Under the pieces are notes generated by a model. That model saw only the letters and a list, made by a program, of their open reading frames with translations, had not been told where the DNA came from and did no database searches. Source: Pseudomonadota bacterium (GTDB lineage Bacteria; Bdellovibrionota_B; Oligoflexia; Oligoflexales; CAIYRB01). From it: DNA of 52,422 bases. The position numbers and the translations under genes are program-made. The stretch is from positions 1-52,422 of the forward strand of contig JANOTL010000020.1 of the NCBI GenBank assembly GCA_031416315.1, written 5' to 3'. This document shows, in pieces, positions 1-7,582 of the stretch (position 1 is the stretch's first letter; every line of letters starts with the position of its first letter).

Positions 1-14
1 TACCAACAATATCA

Positions 15-44
15 ACGGCTTGGGCCTCAAACCCAGGCCGTTTT
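15..44 (+). terminator. Hairpin plus T-run (terminator-like) at left window edge
   Basis: AACGGCTTGGG-cctcaaa-CCCAGGCCGTT-TT, one G-U pair. Confidence 0.45.
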
Positions 45-128
45 CGCGTCCGATGTACGCCCGTTGTACGTTCATCAAACGAACTCGAACGAACTGTCTA
101 GCGGACGACAGTGAGACGAGGCCGCTCG

Positions 129-212
129 AAAGCCGCCTACACGTGTCTCAGCGTGAATCTCGACGGTAAAGTCGACGTGCTCGGCATTTGGCTGTCGGAA
201 AACGAGGGCGCG
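129..212 (+). mobile_element. IS256-family transposase internal fragment (remnant)
   Basis: Manual translation KAAYTCLSVNLDGKVDVLGIWLSENEGA resembles the IS256 segment KA.Y..LG...DG.K.VLG.W..E.EGA; no start, stop shortly after. Confidence 0.7.
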
Positions 213-256
213 TCACGTAGAGATCTCCTGGTTGAGTGAGGGATTCATTTCCACGC

Positions 257-296
257 TTGCCTTACATATCAGTGCGTGATGTTATGTCAATATGTT
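257..296 (+). promoter_or_regulatory. Putative promoter/operator of the ArsR operon
   Basis: TTGCCT followed by imperfect dyad ACATATCA-gtgcg-TGATGT just upstream of the ArsR gene. Confidence 0.4.
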
Positions 297-316
297 GAAC
301 TCATCGTGAGACTCTG

Positions 317-652
317 ATGAGCACCGTAGGCAAAGTCAAAAGCTCCGACCTCATGGCCAAGTTCTTCCGAGGATTTGGCGACCCGTCGCGGATCGGTATC
401 CTCGAGGCACTACTCGACGGACCATTGGCCGTCAGTGAGATCGTCGATGCAACAGGTTTGTCGCAGTCGAATGCTTCGAACCACCTAGCTTGCTTGCGAG
501 ATTGTGGCCATGTGATCGCCAAGCAAGACGGGCGTCACGTTTACTATGAGCTGAGCGACAAGCGTGTACGGCATCTCCTCCGATTAGCGGAAGAGCTTTT
601 GGCCGAGAACGCGCGTGGTGTTTATGAGTGCACGCGGATGAGTCGTACTTAG
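317..652 (+). CDS. ArsR/SmtB family metalloregulator, CmtR-like
   Basis: GFGDPSRIGIL, SQSNASNHLACLRDCG (alpha4 CxxxC) and C-terminal Cys (YECT). Confidence 0.9.
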   Translation: MSTVGKVKSSDLMAKFFRGFGDPSRIGILEALLDGPLAVSEIVDATGLSQSNASNHLACLRDCGHVIAKQDGRHVYYELSDKRVRHLLRLAEELLAENARGVYECTRMSRT

Positions 653-677
653 TCGGAGTTTGGAAAGGGGCGCCATC

Positions 678-1325
678 ATGGCGGACTGCTGTCAGAACAA
701 GGCCTGTGACCTGGAAAAAATGCCGAAGGCGCAAAGCCGCGTCCTTTGGATCGTGCTCGCGATCAACCTCGTGATGTTCTTCGTCGAGATGACGGCCGGG
801 ATCGTCGCGGACTCGGTCTCGCTTACCGGTGACTCGCTCGACATGCTGGGCGACTCACTCGCGTATGCGTCGAGCCTCTATGTGATCAACATGGGGCTGC
901 GCGCCAAAGCGCGATCGGCGATGTTCAAGAGCGCCTTGATGCTAGGATCTGCGGGCGTCGTGCTCGCGCGAGCGATTTATCGCACGGTGTACCCGGTAAC
1001 GCCGGAGGTAACCCTGATGGGGGCCATCGGCGTCCTTGCGCTCGTAGCGAACGCCACTTGTCTATATATGCTGACTCGGCACAAGAATGACGACGTCAAC
1101 ATGTCTTCGGTCTGGCTTTGCTCGCGGAATGACATCATTGCCAACGTTTCCGTCATCGCCGCAACGATTCTGGTGTTTTTCACCGGCACTTCGTGGCCTG
1201 ACCTGATCGTCGGCTTGGGAATTACGGTATTGTTTGCGAGCTCCGCCGTCAAAGTCGCGCGGGAGTCGGTCGCAAGCCTCAAGTCCGAGAGTGTCACCTC
1301 CGTCCGGACCACGCGAGTCAGCTGA
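678..1325 (+). CDS. Cation diffusion facilitator (short CDF, Cd/Zn/Co efflux)
   Basis: DSLDMLGD and WLCSRNDIIAN motifs, multiple TM helices, N-terminal CC; RBS GGAAAGGGG before ATG 678. Confidence 0.88.
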   Translation: MADCCQNKACDLEKMPKAQSRVLWIVLAINLVMFFVEMTAGIVADSVSLTGDSLDMLGDSLAYASSLYVINMGLRAKARSAMFKSALMLGSAGVVLARAIYRTVYPVTPEVTLMGAIGVLALVANATCLYMLTRHKNDDVNMSSVWLCSRNDIIANVSVIAATILVFFTGTSWPDLIVGLGITVLFASSAVKVARESVASLKSESVTSVRTTRVS

Positions 1326-1326
1326 A

Positions 1327-1593
1327 ATGAATAAGCCTGAGTTTTGTGCCTTGGTCGCGGCCGCCGTCGCGCAGCTGGTTGCGGGATGCGTGACGACGTC
1401 GCCTCCCAAAGGCAGTCCGAGCGAGATCGGCATGTGCCACGGTGCCAACACCTGTCGCGGCCAAGGTGCTTGCGGCGGAAAGGGCTCATCGTGTGCTGGC
1501 AGGAATGCGTGTAAGGGCCAGGGGTGGGTGAAATTGACGCGCTCAGAGTGTGACGCGTCGAAGGGTCGGTTCGGTACGGATTGGGAAGACTGA
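1327..1593 (+). CDS. Small Cys-rich lipoprotein, BufA2/bufferin-precursor-like
   Basis: Lipobox LVAGC; CHGANTCRGQGAC...CAGRNACKGQGW...EC repeat pattern. Confidence 0.7.
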   Translation: MNKPEFCALVAAAVAQLVAGCVTTSPPKGSPSEIGMCHGANTCRGQGACGGKGSSCAGRNACKGQGWVKLTRSECDASKGRFGTDWED

Positions 1594-2036
1594 GGGGATC
1601 GAAGGCAGACGTGCAATCTCACCTACACTATGTAGCTCTACTTTTTGCCCTAGTGGCGACTGCCGGAAGCTTGTTTTTCAGCGAAGTCATGAAGCTGCCT
1701 CCGTGCGTCCTTTGCTGGTATCAGCGCATCGCGATGTATCCCCTGGTCTTGGTCCTCGCGACCTCGATCATCCGACGTGACGGCGCGGCGCGAGCTTACG
1801 GTCTACCGCTTTCCATCGTCGGAGGCGCGATCGCCATCTATCACAACCTGCTCTATTACAAGCTAATCCCCGAGAGCATCACACCCTGCACCTCGGGAGT
1901 CTCGTGCACGAGCCGACAACTGGAATGGCTCGGCTTTGTCACGATTCCGCTGTTATCCTTGATCGCATTTGCCGGCATCTCGGCCGCACTCTGGCTGTAC
2001 CGCCCTTCCCAAGGCATTGAGAAAGCATCGTCATGA
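1581..2036 (+). CDS. dsbB: Disulfide bond formation protein B (BdbC-like)
   Basis: PCVLCWYQRIAMYP, second Cys pair PCTSGVSC, 4 TM; start uncertain. Confidence 0.92.
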   Translation: MGRLRGSKADVQSHLHYVALLFALVATAGSLFFSEVMKLPPCVLCWYQRIAMYPLVLVLATSIIRRDGAARAYGLPLSIVGGAIAIYHNLLYYKLIPESITPCTSGVSCTSRQLEWLGFVTIPLLSLIAFAGISAALWLYRPSQGIEKASS

Positions 2037-2686
2037 AACGAGAAGTCAAAGTCGTCTTGTCACTCGCAGCCGCGGTCACCGTTGCGCTGCTAGCGGCCGC
2101 GATGTTCTACAAGTCGCGCCAGCCGTCCCAAATCGCTGCGCCAGTCCGCGCGGGTCTATCGCAGGAACTCATCAGAGGCGATAGTTGGACCCTCGGGCCG
2201 GCCGACGCCCCGGTGACCGTGGTCGAGTTTCTGGACCCGGAGTGCGAGTCGTGCAAAGCCTTCTATCCCATCATGAAGGAAGTGCTGAAGAAGCATGAAG
2301 GGAAAGTGCACTTCGTCGTACGATATATGACCTTTCACCGTAGCTCTATGATGGCGGTCGCAGCGACCGAGGCGGCCGGTAAGCAACAAAAGTACTGGGA
2401 GATGCAAGAACGCCTCTTCGCGACGGCGGGTGAATGGGGACATCAACCGACGCCGATCCGCGGTTTCTTCGTCTCCTACGCGAGGGAGCTTGGCCTCGAC
2501 GTCGATCGCTTCCAACTCGATTTGGATGATCCTGCCTGGGCGACGAAGGTGCAACGCGACATGGCCGATGGCTCGACTCTCGGCGTCAGTCAAACTCCGA
2601 CGATCTTCGTGAACGGTGTCAAACTGGAAGATTTGAGCCAGGAAGCGCTCGAAACGGCCGTCGAAATCGGCCTCAGGCCGAATTGA
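2033..2686 (+). CDS. DsbA-family thiol-disulfide oxidoreductase (membrane anchored)
   Basis: VVEFLDPECESC, GVSQTPTIFVNG cis-Pro loop; ATGA overlap with dsbB. Confidence 0.9.
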   Translation: MKREVKVVLSLAAAVTVALLAAAMFYKSRQPSQIAAPVRAGLSQELIRGDSWTLGPADAPVTVVEFLDPECESCKAFYPIMKEVLKKHEGKVHFVVRYMTFHRSSMMAVAATEAAGKQQKYWEMQERLFATAGEWGHQPTPIRGFFVSYARELGLDVDRFQLDLDDPAWATKVQRDMADGSTLGVSQTPTIFVNGVKLEDLSQEALETAVEIGLRPN

Positions 2687-2722
2687 GTTCAGCAGGGACT
2701 CGGTTCCTTGGGCCCTCGCGTC

Positions 2723-3055
2723 TCAGTTTGCGCGCGGCCAGTACATAATGATCGCTGCGCCAGCTAGCGCGACGGCGGCGCCGATCATCGTCGGTAGATC
2801 CGGCCTACTCCTCTCGGCGACGGAAGCCCATTCCAAGAACCCCACGATGAAGACACCGCCATAGGCGGCGTAGACGCGACCAAAGTCGACGGGCTGATAG
2901 GTCGCTGCGAAGCCATAGCAGGCCAAGAGGACGGCACCGACGAGCCCGGTCCAAAGCGGCGCTCCGTCGCGCCACCACTTTCAAATGAGCCGGCCGCCGC
3001 CGATTTCCAGAAGGGCCGCGAGGACGAAGAGGCCAAGAGAGTTGCGAAGGCTCAT
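2723..3055 (-). pseudogene. ynfA: YnfA (UPF0060) small membrane protein with in-frame stop
   Basis: MSLRNSLGLFVLAALLEIGGGRLI*KWWRDG...FGRVYAAYGGVFI...; TGA at 2981-2983 in a Trp position. Confidence 0.8.
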
Positions 3056-3288
3056 AGGACTTTGAGGGCCTTTAGCTCTGTACGCAGAAATCCGTGTGCC
3101 CCCTCTGGCTCCGTCACGCGCGTCGAAATGCACTTCCCGCCGGGCTCGACTTGCAACTGAAAGGTCAGGAACGGGCAGCAGAGCGATTCGTCGTGCGCCC
3201 ACTGCGCGAGGTCCACGAGATCCTCCGCATTCTTTGCGATTTGAAGCTCGAAACCGGCGGATCGAACGCCTTTGGGACAGGCGCACAT
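3052..3288 (-). CDS. Small hypothetical protein with ExxCCPFLxF motif, possibly N-terminally truncated
   Basis: ESLCCPFLTFQL motif; stop overlaps ynfA start (ATGA coupling). Confidence 0.5.
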   Translation of the reverse strand: MCACPKGVRSAGFELQIAKNAEDLVDLAQWAHDESLCCPFLTFQLQVEPGGKCISTRVTEPEGAHGFLRTELKALKVL

Positions 3289-3331
3289 AATTGTGTAATA
3301 TCAAAGCATTACAGAATCGAGACCGTGGCCG

Positions 3332-3360
3332 GTCACAGGCCGGGGGCAAGCGCCTAGACT
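3332..3360 (+). promoter_or_regulatory. ECF-type promoter GTCACA-N15-CCTAGACT (copy 1, autoregulatory position)
   Basis: Identical boxes and spacing recur at 4467-4495. Confidence 0.7.
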
Positions 3361-3374
3361 CCCGAGCAATTGGA

Positions 3375-3932
3375 GTGAGTTTGGACCGCGGCAAGCGCAC
3401 AGACATGAACCGCTTGATGACCGAGCTCGCCGACGGCAATCGCGCGGCGTTTCATCCCATCTTCGTTGCGGCGTGGCCGATCGTGCGTGGGTTCTGCGCC
3501 CGCTTCATTGGGGACGTGATCGAAGCCGAGGATGCGGCGCAACTAGCGCTCGTCAAGGTGTTCGAGCGGGCGCCGACGTTTCGCGAAGGGTCTGAAGCGA
3601 TGACCTGGATCCTGACCATCGCAGCTTACGAATGCAGGACGGTCCGTCAGAAGACCCGTCGCCGGCGTGAGCTGGGAGATTCGACCATCGCACTATCCAT
3701 GGAGAAAGACGCCGCTGCGTCGCCAGAGCGGGAACTGATCGAGCGGGAAGTGCGCACCACGGCGGCAGAGCTCTTTGAGGGTTTGGCCGAGGTCGACAAG
3801 CAAGTGATCCTGACGGCCCTCGAAAAAGGCGAGCGTCCCGAAGGGGTCTCGGCGACCGCCTTCCGCAAGCGCGTGCAGCGGGCCATGGACCGGCTCCGTT
3901 TTGCGAAGGAGAAGAAGCATGGCGACGCTTGA
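3375..3932 (+). CDS. ECF RNA polymerase sigma factor
   Basis: EAEDAAQLALVKVF, WILTIA region 2; AFRKRVQRAMDRLR region 4; start GTG 3375 or ATG 3405. Confidence 0.85.
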   Translation: MSLDRGKRTDMNRLMTELADGNRAAFHPIFVAAWPIVRGFCARFIGDVIEAEDAAQLALVKVFERAPTFREGSEAMTWILTIAAYECRTVRQKTRRRRELGDSTIALSMEKDAAASPERELIEREVRTTAAELFEGLAEVDKQVILTALEKGERPEGVSATAFRKRVQRAMDRLRFAKEKKHGDA

Positions 3933-4455
3933 TTTCGCGAACTTGGAGCAGCAGTCGCGGGGAGCCTACGAGCGCACGCGCCTGAAGCGGGCTCTGCGGG
4001 TTCTTTGGGTCGTGGTTCCAGTTCTGTTGGTTTCGCTGTGTTCCTGCACGACGCCTCATTTGTCGTTGGGCATTGGAGCTCTGTTGATTGCGGCGACCGT
4101 CGGATTCCTCTGGCGTGGCGAGGCTCTGGGTCGTTCGGTGGCGCCGGGTCTGAAAGCTGGTATTGTCGCCTTTTCCGTGCCGCTCGCCATGCACATGCTC
4201 GGATATTGCTGCCGCTATGACATCGAAACCATCACCTGCGTCGTAGCCGGCGTGGCGGCGGGAGCTGGAGTCAGCTTTTTCGCTTCGCGGGTTGAACGTG
4301 ATCGCTCGAAGCTGCTGCTCGCTGGGGGCGTCATCGCCGCCTTGACCGGATCTCTCGGCTGCGTGGCGCTTGGAATCGGCGGAAGTGTGGGCGTCGTAGG
4401 GGGAGTCATGTTGGTGACGGTCCCGTTCGCGGCCTTCAGCCTCGCAAGAGCCTAA
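3919..4455 (+). CDS. Multi-TM membrane protein with Cys/His, putative anti-sigma factor
   Basis: Overlaps sigma stop, RBS AAGGAG, ~6 hydrophobic segments, CSC, HMLGYCC and LGC motifs. Confidence 0.65.
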   Translation: MATLDFANLEQQSRGAYERTRLKRALRVLWVVVPVLLVSLCSCTTPHLSLGIGALLIAATVGFLWRGEALGRSVAPGLKAGIVAFSVPLAMHMLGYCCRYDIETITCVVAGVAAGAGVSFFASRVERDRSKLLLAGGVIAALTGSLGCVALGIGGSVGVVGGVMLVTVPFAAFSLARA

Positions 4456-4466
4456 GGCAACGTCGT

Positions 4467-4495
4467 GTCACACCGGTCGATAGTGTGCCTAGACT
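4467..4495 (+). promoter_or_regulatory. ECF-type promoter GTCACA-N15-CCTAGACT (copy 2)
   Basis: Matches 3332-3360; upstream of rhodanese gene. Confidence 0.7.
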
Positions 4496-4534
4496 CTCCG
4501 ACCGTTCGATAACCGAACACGAGGAGAAATTTCG

Positions 4535-4966
4535 ATGCGTCTTCCGACTTCCAAGCGCGGTGTCGTTGCCTTTGCCGTGGCTGCCGCCGGCCTGTTTTTT
4601 CTGACGCGCGAGCCGCAGACGCAAGCCGCGGCCAACATCAAGACGGTGACCGTCGCGGAGGTAGCGAAAATCGTGGCCGATAAATCCGGCACGGTGTTCG
4701 ACGCGAACTCGCAGAAACAGTATGAGTCCGGCCACGTCCCCGGCGCGCGCCACGTGTCTTTCGACGAAATGACACGCGAGAACTTGGCCGTCGGTACCGA
4801 CAAAAAAGTCGTCTTCTACTGCTGGAACGATATGTGCGAAGCGAGTCACGAAGCCGCCAAAGCCGCGTCGAAGCTCGGCTTTTCGGATGTGTCCGTGATG
4901 CGTGCGGGCATTCAGGGCTGGAAGAAGGCGGGACAACCCGTGGAAACCGGCGCAGGCGCGTCGTGA
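4535..4966 (+). CDS. Exported rhodanese-like domain protein
   Basis: Signal peptide, YESGHVPGA, VVFYCWNDMC, GIQGWKKAGQP. Confidence 0.85.
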   Translation: MRLPTSKRGVVAFAVAAAGLFFLTREPQTQAAANIKTVTVAEVAKIVADKSGTVFDANSQKQYESGHVPGARHVSFDEMTRENLAVGTDKKVVFYCWNDMCEASHEAAKAASKLGFSDVSVMRAGIQGWKKAGQPVETGAGAS

Positions 4967-5478
4967 AGAGCGCTCTCGCTCTTTGCCTGGCAATTGCCGC
5001 ATGTTCTTCGAAGCATGAGGACCGGGAAACTCATGACCATCACGACGCGGACGCCAGCCCCGCTGCCCGCAACGTTGCGGCCTGGATCGAGGACAAATCG
5101 TATCTGACTTGGAGCTGCGAGCCAGAGCCGCATGCGGCGCGCGGAACGTCTGAGCACGGAATCAATCGCATCTGCTCCAACGACACGCTCGCCGCATCGG
5201 CCGACGGGTTCTTACCCCCGGTCGGGTCGGCTTCAGTCAAAGAACTCTATGACGAAGCGGGAACGACGATCATTGGCTACGCTGCCGCCGTTCGGACCAG
5301 CGAGGGCAACTCCGGGGACAGCTGGTATTGGTACGAGCGTGGCGAAAGGAAGCACGCGGGCGAAGAAGGGGGCGCGGAATCGGGGATGGGCCTCGGCGAG
5401 TGTGTTTCGTGCCACACGGCAGCGCCGACTCCATTCGTTTGGGCGAAAGTTGCGCGACCCGCCACGCCCGCTTTGTAG
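4963..5478 (+). CDS. Monoheme c-type cytochrome lipoprotein (cytochrome P460-like layout)
   Basis: GTG overlapping previous stop; IAAC lipobox; His-rich N-terminus; GSASVKELY, WYWYE, C-terminal CVSCH. Confidence 0.6.
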   Translation: MKSALALCLAIAACSSKHEDRETHDHHDADASPAARNVAAWIEDKSYLTWSCEPEPHAARGTSEHGINRICSNDTLAASADGFLPPVGSASVKELYDEAGTTIIGYAAAVRTSEGNSGDSWYWYERGERKHAGEEGGAESGMGLGECVSCHTAAPTPFVWAKVARPATPAL

Positions 5479-5497
5479 AGCCGACGACGCCCATGGC

Positions 5498-5529
5498 TTG
5501 ACTCTATACCTAAGTATAGACTGCAAGAT
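5498..5529 (+). promoter_or_regulatory. MerR-family promoter/operator
   Basis: -35 TTGACT, dyad TCTATAC-ctaa-GTATAGA, 20-bp spacer, -10 CAAGAT. Confidence 0.8.
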
Positions 5530-5548
5530 CCTTGAATGGAGGCGTCGA

Positions 5549-5935
5549 ATGAAGATCGGAGAGCTAGCGGAGCAAGTTGAGGTCAACGTCCAAACGATCC
5601 GCTACTACGAGCGGATGCAACTGCTGGTCCCGGCTGGTCGAACCGATGGGGGATACCGCGAATATGGCTTGGCAGCTCCGAAAGCCGTCCGCTTCATCAA
5701 GCGTGCGCAGACTCTCGGGTTCACCCTCAAGGAGATTTCAGCTCTCCTGAGTCTCCGCGCGACCTCTAGCTCGAGCTGCGCCCGCGTCTCGGATCGCACC
5801 GAAACCAAAATCAGGGAGATCGAAGCCAAGATCGCGGACCTCGGTCGGCTGAAGGACGCGCTCGTGGGCCTTAAGGCCGGCTGCGCTAGCCGCAACGGTG
5901 GCGACGGCCCGATCTTGGCGGCGCTCGACCAATGA
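5549..5935 (+). CDS. MerR-family heavy-metal regulator
   Basis: MKIGELA..VNVQTIRYYER, GYREY, FIKRAQTLGFTLKEI; RBS GGAGG. Confidence 0.92.
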   Translation: MKIGELAEQVEVNVQTIRYYERMQLLVPAGRTDGGYREYGLAAPKAVRFIKRAQTLGFTLKEISALLSLRATSSSSCARVSDRTETKIREIEAKIADLGRLKDALVGLKAGCASRNGGDGPILAALDQ

Positions 5936-6198
5936 AACCCAAGATCAGGCTCGTCTATTTCAGCGGCTGTCCGCGTGCGCCGGACGCGAAACTCGCGATC
6001 GAGGGCGCCGGAATCGTGATCTACGACGTCGTCGTCCAGGACGGGTTGCCTGCCAATCATGCAGATCGCCGGTACTCTTCACCGTCCATCCTCATCGGTG
6101 ACCTTATCGCGTATGGCGGCCTTCAAGATGGAGCCGGCGCCTGCTCTGCAGGGCGCCTGTCCTCGGACCGTATCCTCGAGCTTCTAAAGGAGAGCTAG
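5932..6198 (+). CDS. Small thioredoxin-fold protein
   Basis: IRLVYFSGCP, SPSILIG, GAC; ATGA-coupled to the MerR gene. Confidence 0.6.
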   Translation: MKPKIRLVYFSGCPRAPDAKLAIEGAGIVIYDVVVQDGLPANHADRRYSSPSILIGDLIAYGGLQDGAGACSAGRLSSDRILELLKES

Positions 6199-6200
6199 CC

Positions 6201-6326
6201 ATGAAAGAGGGGAAGTCGGTCAGCAAGAATGGCCTGATGACGGTTCTTTCCGGGGGTGGGTTCAGTCTGACAGCGGCGGCCGGAGCCTGCGGAGGAGCTT
6301 GTGCTACGGGCGCCGACGTCGTCTAG
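6201..6326 (+). pseudogene. Truncated 5' end of a Cys-bearing membrane protein gene
   Basis: RBS AAGGAG, MKEGKSVSKNGLMTVLSGGGFSLTAAAGACGGACA then runs into the acyltransferase remnant. Confidence 0.4.
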
Positions 6327-6548
6327 GTAGTTGTGCGCAAGGATATAGCCAGACAGCATGAAAAAGAAGCTTACGGCGGCGTAACCGTGGCCGATGAAAT
6401 TTTGCACGACGCTGGGAGTCGTGGAAAGCGCCTGAGTGCCGAAGTGATAGATCACAACATAAATTGCAGCGAAGAATCTGAGGGACGTAAGCACCGGGAC
6501 GTCGCTTCGTCCGACGAGGCGGTTCGGCGCTCGGATGGAGGTATTCAA
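6310..6548 (-). pseudogene. Acyltransferase-3 (OafA-like), N-terminal fragment only
   Basis: LTSLRFFAAIYVVIYH and GYAAVSFFFMLSGYIL motifs; similarity ends after ~78 aa; ORF reads on to 6195. Confidence 0.78.
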
Positions 6549-7582
6549 AATTTTTTCATCAGGTTAGGGTTCCGAGATTCTACGGCATCGATCGCTGCGC
6601 GCACGACGGTCCCCGCCCCGACCGCCGAAGTCAGGAACGTGTTGTGACTTACTCCTTCCACAACTCGTACGGATCCGGACTTCGAAAACGCAGCCCACTG
6701 CTTATGAAGCTCTTGAATCACGGCGCGATCGGATCTCGTCTCCGGGTGCTCCGGGAGCTCAGCGGATAGGACCAAAACCGGTACATCGCGTAGCAATTGC
6801 ATCGCCTTTCGAGTCTCGTTCGCGGTCTCGAGGTCTACAAATGCGCCCTCCCTTTCAACACCACGCCAGTGACGAGAGGACTGGGAAATGACCTCGTTCG
6901 CGGAAAGAGCCTCGGGCGGATTCAAAAGGTCCGTCCATAAAGATGCTCGATGCAGTCCAAACGTCGTGCGCGCAGCAATGGAGCGCGGGTATCCAATTAA
7001 AATCTTTGCATCTTCCTCACGAGCCGTTGGACTAACGCGTGACGGCTCGTCAGGGTGAAAGGGGTCGACCAATACAAGGCTGCCCACGATCGCAGGATGC
7101 CGTGCCGCCAATACGGTACAAAACTGGGCTCCCAACGAGTGGCAAACAAATGTGAAGCTCGATCGACCACTCGTGGCCTGGAGTAGCGCAAACAACTCGT
7201 CAGCGATGTGGGCGGCGTCACGCGCACCCTCGCCTGGCTCACTCATTCCGATCCCCGCCCGATCATATGATAGGTAGCCGAAAGTCCCCGGCAAGGCTTC
7301 GACGACTTGATCCCAAACCTCAAGCGACGCACCAAAGCCACTGACGAAGACGATCGTCGGCGCACCCTCGGTGGCAAGCCGTTGGCGAATGCGCAGACTG
7401 GGGCCTTGCGATCCGTCGGACCATGAAGAGTGAATCGCACGATACGACGCTAGCTCGCGGCGCTCCACAACAGCCTCAGCAACGACAAGAGCCGAGGCGA
7501 AGGTCGCTGCTCCGAGGAGGAGCAGAAGGGAAATGATCGCGGGCGTCGAAAGCCTCTTTAGCCGTAAGCGCTTTGTAGACAC
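6545..7582 (-). CDS. Alpha/beta hydrolase with N-terminal anchor
   Basis: YDRAGIGMS, CHSLG nucleophile elbow, LVLVDP, C-terminal SH. Confidence 0.85.
   Translation of the reverse strand: MSTKRLRLKRLSTPAIISLLLLLGAATFASALVVAEAVVERRELASYRAIHSSWSDGSQGPSLRIRQRLATEGAPTIVFVSGFGASLEVWDQVVEALPGTFGYLSYDRAGIGMSEPGEGARDAAHIADELFALLQATSGRSSFTFVCHSLGAQFCTVLAARHPAIVGSLVLVDPFHPDEPSRVSPTAREEDAKILIGYPRSIAARTTFGLHRASLWTDLLNPPEALSANEVISQSSRHWRGVEREGAFVDLETANETRKAMQLLRDVPVLVLSAELPEHPETRSDRAVIQELHKQWAAFSKSGSVRVVEGVSHNTFLTSAVGAGTVVRAAIDAVESRNPNLMKKF

Noticed and set aside
2981..2983. TGA read as Trp or selenocysteine
   Set aside because: Many clear genes here end in TGA and the position is Trp, not Cys; simple nonsense mutation or sequencing error
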